Origin: Camelus dromedarius
Taxonomy: Eukaryota
Length of the DNA: 64,000 nt
Direction: 5' to 3'
Assembly: GCF_036321535.1 (NCBI RefSeq)
Contig: NC_087436.1
Coordinates: 7,564,001-7,628,000 of the forward strand
Both the position numbers and the translations under genes were made by a program. The notes under the pieces were generated by a model. That model was not told the DNA's origin. It worked only from the letters and a program-made list of their open reading frames with translations, and made no database searches. Positions within the stretch are counted from its first letter, which is position 1. Each line of letters begins with the position of its first letter. This document shows, in pieces, positions 49,939 through 62,894 of the stretch.

Positions 49939-50889
49939 AATCTATTCTAAAGTGGGCCCATTTACAGCTCTGTCTTGATCTTTACCTTATTTACTGTCTC
50001 CTCCTGTTGGAATGTAAGCTCCCCAAAGTCAGAGCTTTGGTCTATTTTTTTTTTTCACTCTATATATCCCATACCCAGAGCAGTGACTGATACATCACAC
50101 CTAATAAATTCTATCAAATGGATGAAAATGTCAAGATTAATACCATTTTTTTTTTTTTTGGTGGGAAATTAACTTCTTACATCATAGAGACAAGTCCTAA
50201 GTCTACGATCTACTGGCTAAAGAAAGCACAGTTAAATCTCCTGAGATATGTTGGGGGTTATGAGTACACGGTCATGAACTCTGTATTGGAGTTCAGGGGA
50301 CAGTGAGAGTAAGGACTGAAAGATACTGGATCTCCCTGCTGAAATCAACACTTGAAACATACCCAACTTAGATCAATTCTCTAGTCACACCTTTTTAGTT
50401 ATTTTTTAAGCAGTCTTAGCAACTTCTTTGTTATTGCATTTTTTTTTTCTGCAATGGGCATCTCTTTTCATCAACCTACTGTGAAATGGAATGCTATTTC
50501 ACAGCTGTTTTACTAAATGTTGAAATCAGGTTGAGTATATATAATTTCCACAGAGGGTGGGTCAAGGAGGCAGAAAGAAATATTTGCAATAAAAATGCCA
50601 AGCAATCCTTTCCTTAATTTTACCCTGCCCTCCAATTAAAAAGAAGCATTAAACTTCTGGTCATATATTTAGTACTTATTTCCCATTTCATTTAATCTGA
50701 TGATGTCACCAAGGAAACTGGCTTACTTGGAGATTTGGGAATGACTGCTCTAAAACATTTTCTAACACGTCAGTTTGCAATGAGCTTTACCGCAATTTAA
50801 AGAGAGATTGAGAGAGGGAGTTTAAATCAGTTAGACAATTGGATAATAGGGGATACACTCCTACACAGTTCAGCCACATATGAGCTACA

Positions 50890-51050
50890 TTGATGCTGAC
50901 TTTGCAAAACAACTATTGCCTGCCTGAACCTCACTGTTCTCTTTTGAAGATGGGCATAATAAAACCTACCTTGCGGGGTTGTCAAGGATTAATGTAAATG
51001 GGAAATACAAATGTAACTGTGAATGTAAAAATCTTTGGCACACAGTTTTG
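50890..51050 (+). mobile_element. MIR fragment
   Basis: ctgaacctcactgttctcttttgaagatgggcataataaaacctacc...aggattaa. Confidence 0.7.
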
Positions 51051-52249
51051 TTAAAAAGCCTCATTTTTTAGAATTCTGTTCTGTCCTGCTTCATTTATTC
51101 AAGCACATATTAACTGTATTCTGTGCTGGGCATTCAAGATGCAAAGATGACTCAGACATAGTCCTTGATATCTGTGTATTCCTCCTGGATACCTCAGATT
51201 TAGTCTTCATTCTGACTATAGTATCTGAAACCCCCTCCCCTCAACACACACACCTTTTTTTTTCAGTAGTGAATTGTAAGTTTTTTTTTTGGAACATGTT
51301 GTAATGAGACCATCAGTCTGTATTCATATACTCAGATTCAACATGAGTCATTTTGGAAAACAGCTAATTTCTGTAAAATAACTGATTCCTAAAAACACTT
51401 TTTTTTGTACACTCAAAAATGTTTTTGCTTTCTTAGCTGAATTGAAATACATCTCCTTATAATTTAGTTTCCTCCTTCACTGCTCATAAATGATTATACA
51501 CATTCTGGAGATTTTTTTTTTTTCCTCCCTGACAATTCATTACATTGAATGACACATGCAATATCCCATCTGTCTTTCTAAAGGCACATCAATATCGGCC
51601 CACTTTGATGGAACTATTTAGACCAGCAATTCATTAACCCAGGACACACGAGGCCTACTGTTTCATTGTTGCTCCCTTAATGCTTCTCTGTTATTCAGAG
51701 ATAACAGGAAGTTTCCAGTCTTCCACTTGAATAATTTAGCTTTATAAAATACAATTATTTTCCTCTCTGATTCAAGGGCTAGATCACTAGCCTGTGGATC
51801 CAAGGCTGTAGTAAGGAAGTCTGCCAGCCATTATATAATACTGAATAATCAAGAACCATCTCATAGACTTCTCCTTTGTATCTTATTGCATTTTTCTCTG
51901 TCTGTCACTACATTTTAAATTACATTCTTTTATTCTAGCTCTCTTATTTAATTAGGTTGTGGGCTAAAATGGAAATGAAGAGTTTACTTTCTTCTTCATC
52001 TTCTTGGTAAGAAATTCTTTTTATTTTTGATGGTTTAGACTGACAGTGGAGTAAATCATCTCATGTCAGCTGGTACTGGTGGTAAATACTGAGTTGTAAC
52101 ATCGGTTGATATTCTTAAATGTAGTTGGGTACCCTCTACCACTTTCTTCTCATTGGAACTGTCTCCTTCCTCTCTGCTATATCAGAATTATTTTTGGTTG
52201 TAAATATCAGTTGGAAATCACACATTGCTCCCTGAGAGTTGATATTCTA

Positions 52250-52670
52250 ATGGACAGAAGGAAAAAAATTAAGCAAACAGCAAGATGTCAAGTGATAAAT
52301 TTGGTTTCTTCACACAAGCTGTGGAAACATCCAGCTGAGTGGGACATGTTGAGTTGAACTAGATGTGAAATACTTAAGAGGGAAAGGTATGAAGGGAATT
52401 CAAGAGAGAGATTTAGAATAGAGAATAAATTTGAATTCAGTAGCATGTTTGTAGGTAAAGCTATGAGGCTGGTTTGTCATGAAAGAAGAGATAAAGGTCT
52501 AAGACAGATTATGGGGGACAAAAATGCATTTAAGGGAATGTATATAAAGAAAATTTACAAATTCTCCTGAGGAAGAGCAATCAGATAGGGAGAAAGATAA
52601 GTGATATCTTAAAATCAAAATAAGAGTTTCAGAGAGTGACTGGTCAATGATGTTAAATTTCTTATATAAA
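52250..52670 (-). mobile_element. L2 fragment
   Basis: gggacatgttgagttga...taaatttgaattcagtagcatg...tggtcaatgatgttaaat. Confidence 0.6.
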
Positions 52671-54082
52671 CGTTGAGTTACAAATCAAAGTAGTTCTGCT
52701 TGATTGAGACACTTATTTGATTATTTGCCTTTTGAAAGGCAAATCTAATTTTAAAAAAGAAATATGATATTAGCTTCATATAATTTTCCCCTTTATTCGG
52801 AAGGAAAGTTAAAACCTTATTATGATTATCTGTGGAGTACTCATTTACATTCTGATGTACTAACCAGTATCGATCTAGAATGAAGTAAAGATACTTATTG
52901 AGAAAGAAAAAAGGCAATTTATTGCAAATAAAAATAACATAGAGTTGAATCTTAATTGGTAATTCCTTTGAAAAATGAGTATTCTTTTAAACAGATCTAT
53001 TTGGACAAGAAGGGGCTTAGAAATAAGCTCTAGTCATCTCGGGGATGAGTTGTTGGTATAGAAAATGGGGAAGACGCTGAGACAACACATGATTTTGTGG
53101 ACCAGGCTCTGGTTTTCACCTGAGAAGTGGAAGACCCTACTGAGCCTTGGCTGTGTGTGATCCCCGGACTCTCAGAAGAGAGCTTGTCTTAGAGGGCCAT
53201 GATTCCTGGCGGCCTTGGCAGAGTTATGTAAGAAGAACTTTGCCTCCTATCTCGATATAAATTGGAAAAACCATTCATATTCTGGAATGCATCTCTTTAT
53301 CTTCTGTATTATATTACTTGTCTCTGGTTTTCATTTCTGAATACAATTTTTAAGTGGTAACATGGAGATAATAAAATCAAAGGAGAGTTATCTGGCCTCT
53401 TATTTAGAAGAATCTTGGCGAAAATCCCAAAGGTCTTGAACTGATAAAATGGGTATGTAACCAGGGCATCTGAGTACAGGTCAGGGGATTATTTCCATGT
53501 CTCTGAGCAGATGGTTATGTGAAGAAAAAATGTCATTCTTAATCAACCCTTTGAAATCTCTGAGGAGGCTGGTCCTTATGCTAAATACCCTTTTGAGTAA
53601 GATTTTCTAAAGCTACTCACAAATATGCTAAGTTGTAACAGGTTTTGCTTTTTGATTTAATGCCTTTTTTTCCCCTCTAATGTCTGTGAGCAGTTTAGGA
53701 AAATGAAACACGTTATATGCTGATATGATAGTACAGTCGGATGAGCTGTCATTAATATCCTTGCATGGCACTTCTATTATCCCACACAAAACCCTTCCTC
53801 ACCTGCAAGTTACAGAGAGAGCCAGTATGCACAGCAAAGGGGCAGCGAATGTGTGGTTAGGACTAAGCACAAAACATTACTATTATCAATATTTTCACGT
53901 GGTGGCTTTGGCACACTGGATAATTTCTCTTAATTATAGAAAGTATAGTATAGAGGAAATTGTCTATGGTGATCATGTACCTGAGATTATATGAAAGGAC
54001 TTGTCACAGAGCAAGACATTAATGCATGTCATTTACTTTCTCTTGTCCCTTTCCTCCCTCATGGTTGTCTCCCTTATGTTTT

Positions 54083-54140
54083 CCCCTCCCTCCCTCCCTC
54101 TCTCCCTCTCTCCTTCCTTCCTTCCTTTGTCTTCCTTTCT
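54083..54140. repeat. (CCCT)n/(CCTT)n polypyrimidine simple repeat
   Basis: ccctccctccctccctctctccctctctccttccttccttcc. Confidence 0.85.
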
Positions 54141-54599
54141 TCCATCTTTCACTTCCTTTTTCGCCTGAATAATCATGAAGCTCTTACTTGACATCAAAGC
54201 CCTACAAAATCCCATCTGCATTTTTCCAGTCTTTTCAACCATGTCACTCCTGTTAATCACCATAAAAGTTTTATTCCAAGAAGGATAATTTATCCACAGC
54301 TCCCAAGCATGGTTTGTCTTTTCTGATTATACATTTTTGCTTGTGTTGTTCCCTAGAATAGGAATGTTCTCTCCATTTGAATCTTTTAGAATAAACTAGC
54401 AGTCCTTCTAAGGTCATCTTGACAAAACAATCAAAACAAAAAGACTTCTGCTGTTTTTGAACTCCTATGATCATACACTCTAAAATTTGAACTTAATCTG
54501 ACTTGCATCATTACTTGATTCATCAAGTGTGATTGATATATATTTTAATTTTATATCATTTTATCTGTTTCAAACTAATCACTGTAGAAATCAAACATG

Positions 54600-54740
54600 A
54601 TAGATACTAATATGCTCAACCTACAGATGATCAAACAAGCTTAAGAAGATAAATGTTTCCTCCAAATCATACAGCTTGTAAGAGGCAGAGCTGAAGCACC
54701 AACCAGGCTTCCTGATTTCAAGCACAGTGTTTTAAACCAT
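54600..54740 (-). mobile_element. MIR fragment
   Basis: tacagatgatcaaacaagcttaag...aatcatacagcttgtaagaggcagagctg...ctgatttcaagc. Confidence 0.7.
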
Positions 54741-57104
54741 GCAAATGCATTTTATATGTGTTACAAGTACAAAATTATAGTATCACAAACTAATAAAGTA
54801 TAGAAAACTTGAAGGGAAAATATCTATAACTTAATATATGTATATTTTTGTGTATTTTAAGCCCATTCACTCATTCTTGAACATAGCATATATAAAGACA
54901 GTGGAGTAAATAGGGCCATTCTCACATATTTCAAAAATATATGGGTTTTTTTAAGAAATAAAATTATATAACACTGTATGATTTGTTCATTTTTTTTCCC
55001 CAGAAATAAAAATCACCGTGGATGAGAAAAAGGGAGAAAAGTACCTTTGCAATCATTTCCGAAGTTACAGTCATGCTGACACAATAGTAAGGTGTGAAAT
55101 TGCTAACTATGGTTGTGGAAGTATGTCAAGAACACGCCTTGTACTATACTGGATTACAGTAATAGGGCATCTGATTTCCGAGGAGAAGCTGAGCTGTTTT
55201 ATAGATATCCTCTTCCTGAAAATCACTATCTCATTTTTCACCAAGTCTTGATCCTCTAGTGGATTTGCTCATGTTCCTTTAAAGTAAATTGTTGCTTATT
55301 TCAATCATGCTGAACATTAACCCTGTATTTCTACTTCCTCCATTAGCAAATTGACATTTTGACTTGGTGATCATATTTACCAGCTTATTTGGTTTCTATT
55401 TTGCTAAAATAAAGATGTTTTACTTTATAGGAAAGGTAACTTTGTAGTGTATTGAGTTTCTCAGGGTTGGGTGATAAACACCAGATACCATTATTCCAAC
55501 TGCCATCTTTTCTCTTCGTAGAGACAAACACATTTAAAGCTCATACTGATGCAGAATTCACAGCCAGAGCACTCTTCCTTCTTGTGACCAAGGTATCATT
55601 AAAGGTCCATACAAGTAAGATCAGGGCTTGAGTCAGGCTGAATACTTCTTATGTATATATTCATAGCTTGAGTCCAGCCAGAATATTTAAAAAAAAATTA
55701 TTTTATCAAAAAATACTTTCAGTTACTGCTCGAAGTGTTGTTGCATAGCAACTAATTGTTCGTGGAGCACAACCCAATAATACCCAACCCATGTGACATT
55801 ACATCTATTTTTTTAAAATTTCAATTCTGTCTCCCAAAAAATCAAGGTGGATAATTACAGTGACCCGAACAATTTAAAGATACAGGCTCATTTTTTAAAA
55901 TTGATATTTGATGAACGTTCTATTCAGGAAATGTGTTTTTTTTCTAAGATGTGCATGTCAGCTTAAAACTGTTTTAATCCAGGATGAGACTAAAACAAAT
56001 ATGTTTTTCAGCTAAGATATTTAGGTCAACCAAAGGAATAAAGACTTGATTAAGAGCTCACCAACTGACCAACACTTTGTTAACAAAATTATAAAAAAAA
56101 GTAGTTGCTGATTTTTCTGTTTTTCTCTCCGGATACTTTTGTGTTTTGAGAGATATTTTCTGTCTTATTGTATATTCCAAATTTTAAATCCTGGAGTTTA
56201 TTTAGAATAGTTATAACAATTTCCTTGCTAGAAAAATCTGGATAGTAACATATTTCAAGTATTTTTATTTGTAGAATTATAGTAATAATAATAATGATAG
56301 TAAAAGATAAAGCATCAAGAGGGTTTGATTCCCACCTCCAACATTTATAGACAGCTATGTAATTGTTAACCAAGTTGTTGTCTAACCATTGGTTAGTAAT
56401 TTCATATATGAAGACAACACCTACCAAACAGGTGGAGGTTGTGGGGGTTAAACATGCATCACGTGGAAAAACGCTTCCTACAAATGCCTGACAAACGGCA
56501 TATGATTGGCTCATGTTGTGCATCAATCCTTTTGTTTCATTTCCGATAAACTAAGTTCTTTTATTGACAGAACAATTCTCCTGCAAAACGTCATACTCTG
56601 CAGTTAGAATTTTGGTCAATTAGGTGGTAACCTTGTATTTTGATGTGGTTCTGGAGTCTCAGATTCCTTCTGGAAAACAGTCAACATTTCTTTTTCCTTC
56701 TTATTTTTCCCGATATTGTGAGAAGGAAAAGAACTAGAACTCCAGTCCTTTGCTATAGAGAGAGGAAGGAGAGTGTAGCGTTAGCTCACAGCTAGGTCCT
56801 TCCTCGAAAGCAGAGAGTGATCAATGCGGGTGGTAGATTACGCAAAAGAAACATTCATTCCAGCGTCATGGTTATATAACATAAGGTACGCTACCAAGTT
56901 TCAGGAGGAACAAAAGTGATAAGGCTCATAATCAAAGTCAAAATTCAGCGTTTAAAATGTATTTAAAGAATGGAGAGATGAGATCAATCCAATAAGCTAA
57001 AACTTTAAAAGAATTGAATATAACTTGCTTTATAGGGTTTCTAACGATAAATTGCTTAAGTACCACATGACTTAGAAGCACTATGGATGAAGGTGATTTA
57101 GGAA

Positions 57105-57593
57105 TTACATTAGTTCTCTACCAGTGCCATAACAAATTATCATAAATTCAGTAGCATAAAATAACGCAGATTTATTATCTTACAGTTGGAAGGTTAGAAG
57201 TCCAAACGTTTTTCTTACAAGGGATCAAATCCAGGTTCCAGCAGCAGTACATTCTCTGGAGACTCTGGGAGAGCGTCCTTTCCTTCTCTTTTCCAGCTTC
57301 CAGGGGCTGCCTGTGCTCCTTGGCTGTTGGCTCCCTTCCAGAAATAGCATCACTCTGACTTTTGTCTCTGTTGTCACATCTCCTTCTCCGACTCTGATCC
57401 CACTGCCTCCCTGTAGTAAGGATCCCGTAATTACCTGGGGCCCACCCAGCTAGTCCGGGACCACCTCCCTATCTTAAGTCCCTTAGCCTCACCCCACTGC
57501 AAAGTCTCTGTGCCGTGCAGAGTCACACAGTCACAGGTTCAGGGGATTAGGGTGTGACATCTTCAGGGAGGGCGCATTATTCTGCCTGCCCAG
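57105..57593 (-). mobile_element. MLT1D-type MaLR solo LTR
   Basis: tgccataacaaattatcataaattcagtagc...ttttccagcttccaggggctgcc...cacaggttcaggggattagg...cattattctgcctgccca. Confidence 0.9.
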
Positions 57594-57719
57594 GGGCTTT
57601 GGGGGAATAATTCCGATACAAAACTGCCATGTAATTGAGTGTAAGTAACATCAATATGACATCAGCCTTTCAGTGACAGAAAACCAAATGTTTTTTTAAT
57701 GGAAGAAACAGTCCAGCTC

Positions 57720-58130
57720 AACTGTAATGGTCACAGTGGACTGGGACTAGAATGATGAATGGACTTAAAAACATCATGACTGGTTGTTCAAATCTGAAAA
57801 GGTTTATGTACAAAAGGACAATACAGTCTTTCCCTCAAATATTTATAAGGGTGTCTGCTGCATGAAGGAAGGATTGGCATCGTTCTGTTAGGTTCAAAGA
57901 GCTACAAACAGCACCAGTCAGCAGAAGCTGTGGTGCAGCAAAGCCTTGGGTCAGCATGAAAGAAAACATGTTTCCTTTCTGGACGTTTTCCTTCTCTAGA
58001 CATCTTCGAGCCCGGAATTTGCCAAACCCTTAATGGGCATGCGGTAAAGGACATTAAAGAATCAGATAGGAAGTTGGATCAAGCTACGTTAGTTTTGAAG
58101 TTACTTTCAAAACTTTGATTTTGTAATTTG
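57720..58130 (+). mobile_element. L3/CR1 LINE 3' fragment
   Basis: ctcaaatatttataagggtgtc...gaaggaaggattggcatcgttctgt...cagataggaagttggatc...ctttcaaaactttgatttt. Confidence 0.65.
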
Positions 58131-58832
58131 ATATTGCTACCATATCTCACTGATATTCAGGACACAGTCACTGTAGAGTTTGTTATTATTAGATTTTTTT
58201 TTCCTATCTGACAAGTTAAGAGCTGCTTGATATAAGTCCATACTGATCTCAACTAAGAGATCTTCAATCAAGAGGTGAGTGAATCAGAAACAGAACCAGA
58301 GCATCTCTATAAAAAAGCTGATACACTGTATCATGAATGAGAAATTTGTATTTAAATAACACAATGTAGGGTAAATATTCTCACTTTGAAAAGTCCGTAC
58401 TGATAGTAGAGCAGGAGAGCTTTAATGCAGTTGGAGCACAGAAGAAAATCAGAAACAATCCCTTTCCAAGTGCACAGAAGGCCACGTGATGAGTGAGAAT
58501 TATGTCTGTTCACCTTTGTAAAACTGCACAAAATTATGTGTATAAAATATGTTATTAACCCACTGAGAGAAGGAAACACAGATATCACCCAAACTTAATA
58601 TACAAAATAGTGTATTGATGGATTATTTTCTTCAATGGAAATAAAATAACTGTCCTCTCAATGGCATCATTGAATTTGGAGAAACAAATTGGATTATCTG
58701 TCCAAACTACAGAATCTGAAGTGCTGAAGAAATATATCTGTCTGTTTCTGTCTGTCTGCCTGTGTCTTTCTTATTTTATTTATCTTAATTCTTAAAAGCA
58801 TTTAAAACCTAACTGTAAGCCTCAAACCCCAT

Positions 58833-58866
58833 AAAAGAGAAAGAAAAGAGAGAAAGAGAGAAAGAG

Positions 58867-58937
<71 letters not shown>

Positions 58938-58939
58938 AA
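58833..58939. repeat. 107-nt pure purine tract ending in (GAAA)18
   Basis: Direct read; uninterrupted GAAA units at 58868-58939. Confidence 0.95.
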
Positions 58940-61845
58940 CAAGTAAGTAAGAGAGAAAACATAAAGATATGCTTTTTAAGTTTTTTTAAATACAAAAATT
59001 ACCTTGATAGGTAGTAATAAAGTTGATAACAACAAAAAAAATCACTTAGCAATTTGGAAAATAAAGACAAGTTCTCAGTACACTGAAAAAGATATAAAGA
59101 GTGAACAAAACATGATGAAAAACTTGCAGGAAGATAAAACGTGCTATTTTTTCATAAAACATATTTTACTTGTGATAAAAAACTGCCTTACCATGCTTTA
59201 AAGCATGAAAGATTTTAAAGAATTAGGTACAATACAAATAAGAAGGAAATTTTCTAAAAGATTCGATTAACTACAAAAAAATAGAAGTTAAATGGTGAAA
59301 ATAGTCAAATAAGTAAAGAGCGAAGAGAGAATAAATATTTTATGTTATTCATACTTTAAAGTCAGATTTATCTAATAGCAAATTAAAATCTTATCACAAA
59401 ATTTTTAGAAAGAAGTAAAATTCACAGTGCTTCACAACAAACAAAAAGGCCTGGTGACAGGGAGACTGTCCAGCCAGGTTAGGGATACACAAACATATAT
59501 TTTTCAAGTACCTGTACAGAAAGTCAACGTTGATTTGCTACAAGAATACATCCTTACAGTGAGAAAGGGTCCATGAAATATTTCCAATGGAGAATAAAGA
59601 ATTAAACTAGTTTCAAAGCTACAAGCCAAGCTTCTTCTCTTAAAAACATACAACATCCCTCCAAAAGCTATGCTCAGTTTCATCAAGGAAGAGTCCAAAC
59701 TGCAAACCGTGAGAGAAGCCAGAGTCCACCCAGGTCACACATCTGTCAAGCACGTTCATTCTATCCAGTAACTAAGAGAGAAAAGACCAAGTCTACCACG
59801 TGTTAATCTGATTTGCTTTTGTTGAAGTTAAGAAAGAATTGAGTCCTGAACATAACAATGCTTCAACATGTTTCTATATAAAGTCCAAAATCTGGTAAGT
59901 AAACAAGAGCATGGTTTGGCAACGTGGTGTATGGTTGCGATGTACCAGAAGTGTCCTAGAAATGATCCCTTTGGTGTAAAACAAGAAGTGTCATAAATCT
60001 TCTTCAAAATGATTTTTGCAAATCATTCTTAAACTATGAAACATAACTTGAAAATGCTATAATGACAAGAATGTAAACCAGCCCTTTGGAAGAACAGTAT
60101 TTCACACCACTTAAAAAATAAAACATATGATTGATTGTAAACTTCCTTTGAAGGCATAAACAGTATTCTTCACTTTGATTCCCTTTGTCATCAGTGATTT
60201 GGAAATCAATTCTGCATGTGTCACCTGTTAGACAGGAGGATATATTTAAACAAAGAGTCTCAAAGTTACTACTGGAGGGGGAAGGAGGGGGTGGACATGT
60301 GATACTTCACAAGAAGCAGCATGTAATCCATTTACCTTTCAAGTCAATCATGGAGCAATTCTTTTTTTAATTTTTTTGGCCAGTAATAATTTAACACAAG
60401 CAACAACTCAAGCCTCTAAAACACATGCACAAAGATCTAGAAATGAAACAGAGAACACTTAACCACTTGGGTTAAGAGTTGTCATTCATTCTTCAGTGAG
60501 AGGAACCTGGGGATTTGTATCAGATGTCACTGGATAACCTTGAGTGGTAACCTGAATGTTTAGTAAACCTGCATGTTCCAAGCCTCTGCTCAGACATTCT
60601 GACTCCATATTGTGAAAAATCTGTCAAAATAATGGAATGCTAACAATTCTTATGTCTCTCTGGATGTTCTTATATATCACCAACACTGAAGTTATTTTCC
60701 ACCAGCAAAGGACTGACATGGATGTAAACACCTTGCGAAGATATTTCACAGGTGGAAATTTGGAAACACATGTGTGCTTAACACGTGGGGCTTAGCAGTT
60801 ATATACTGCCTTCACAGGGATCGCGGGCATGTTAGGACGGTAGATGGTCTTTTCACCTAAAGACATTAATCTTAAGGAAAATAAATCATCCATCAGTTAT
60901 ATTGAGCAGGTGGTACTTTCCCGATCTGTCTGCCCCCTAGTTTCCACCTGCAGTGTGAAGACTAATTGAATTTTCCTTAGAATGCCCTTATGAAGGCAAA
61001 ATGAAAACAGTTTAAAAGAATACAAATTCAATGCATTGCCAGTTTACCAGATTGAGTCTCCTAGTCCTGCGTGGGTTATTTCAGAGTTCAGACATTTCAA
61101 AACTTCCATTTCTTATGATCTGCTTCACAAATAAGGATTCTGAAACCAGGGGTAACTGTGAGTTAACTGAGCTCATAGAGAGAGTTGATAAGAATCCAAG
61201 GTTTCTAATATTTGGTCTGAACTTTTAATTGTATTAGGAAATCTGATTTTAAAGCTCCTTTCCTATAAAAACTGAAGGTTTTACCCTTTTGGTGGTCCAA
61301 GCCACACTGTCTGCCTAACCACTTCTCATCAACTTTGCTGTCAAGATAGGATAGAAAGACCAGTTTTGTAGAAGTAAGACATTTTTTTTTAAGTCATGGG
61401 GCTCCTGTTGTTAACTAGTAGTTTTCTCTAGGTTAGTGTGATGGTTATTTACGGTCAGCTCCCTGCTGGAGCAGGAGTCTGCACACTACATTTGACCCGT
61501 TTGGCAGGAACTCGAGCGAAAAAAATGTAAGGCGATCATTAGAGGGAAATGGGAAAGTGGGAGGAGCAGAGAAGACTCTTCTTATTTTCCATTCTTAATA
61601 GTGCTGCTCCGGCAAGAAGCCGCTTGCAGCTCCACGTGTCACTTTGGGGGGCACTGTGCTGCAGCCCCTTGGGGAGGCCAAGACCAAGCACTCACATATC
61701 CTTCATTGGTTCCAAGCTCGACTTCACATTCCCACCCCCACCCCGCCCCCTAATCTGTCCAAGCACCAGCAACGTAGAGGGTGAGCCTCCAGCACTGGAG
61801 GTAGAAGCTGCTGCCTTCTGTGATCACTGCATCTGGCTTACCCCA

Positions 61846-62497
61846 CATGCAGAAGAGGATTAACTCAGCAGGCCTGAGTTGTTCAAACCCCACACATTCC
61901 CAGGATCTGCCCTTCGCTCCCTTGGAGATGAGTTCTGAGCCCTTGGCATATTCTAACAGATAAGAGTATTTTTGCATGTCGGAGGCCTTGGAACATGAGG
62001 TAACTGTTTGATCAGATACTTGATACTAATGACGTGATTCAGGGTAAACACTTATTTTTGTATGTCTGAGGCTACAAGACTTTGATTAGATACTCGATGC
62101 TAGTAATGTGACTTACAGCAAATGCCTACTTGTGTGCTGGTGTGTTAGAGTCCGAGCAGCTGAGGTCAGTCACTGCATGTCTGCCCACCTGACTCCCTGA
62201 AAAGCCCTGTACACCAGGGCTTGGTGAGCTACCTTGGTTAACAACCCTTTGCATATGTGGTCACGCTTCACTACTGGGAAGACGAAGTGTGTTCATGCGA
62301 TTTCAGTGGGCGAGGACATTTGGAAACTTGTGCCTGCTTCCTTCTGGACTTCGCTTCATCTTTTCCCTTTGCTAATTTTAATCAGGATTTGTCTACTGTA
62401 ATAAATTGTCACCCAGAGAGCAACAGCTCTCCTGATTCCTGTGAATTGTGGTGGTGAATTGTCATTCCTTAGCATGGTCTCGGGGACGCCTGATACA
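61846..62497 (+). mobile_element. MER77-like ERVL solo LTR
   Basis: tgcagaagaggattaactcagcaggcctgag...gcccttggcatattctaacagataagagt...ttttccctttgctaattttaatc...gtctcggggacgcctgataca; possible 5-bp TSD cccca/accca. Confidence 0.8.
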
Positions 62498-62894
62498 ACC
62501 CAGCTTCTGGTTTTCTCTTTCAGCCTTGGTAACATCTACATAACAAGACTTTAAATTAAATATTCACTCGGTCTGAAATACTTTGAATGATGTCTACTTT
62601 CCTGATTGGACATTGGTTGCTAATGAACATTTTTAGTACAAAACTACTTATAGGTATAATGAGTGATTTGTAAGAGATGCTCTCTGTGAGTCTGTGTCTC
62701 CTTCACCAGAAATGCTTTTCTCCCTCACTGTCTTGGGCATGGGCCATTTATGTGTCAAAGAAAGAGCACTTTTAATATTTTCTTATTCTAACTTTTAAGA
62801 GACAAGTTTACATTACATCCTAGATTCATGTAACAGACCCCAGCCCTTCACTCCAACTTTCAGAATTATTTCAGATACCTCCTCTTTTAATTCT

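Larger units (their letters stand above)
48570..50125 (+). mobile_element. L2 fragment split by the MLT1A and ERV1 LTR insertions
   Basis: tgttgccatctctgcttct...gatcagatcacctttcc... / ...ctggatgcttttcc...aaggccttccctga / ...ggaatgtaagctcccc...aataaattctatcaaatggatga. Confidence 0.7.

Noticed and set aside
59000..60800. Additional very old L1M/L1ME fragments
   Set aside because: Suggestive A-rich text only; too degraded to assign boundaries or family by eye.
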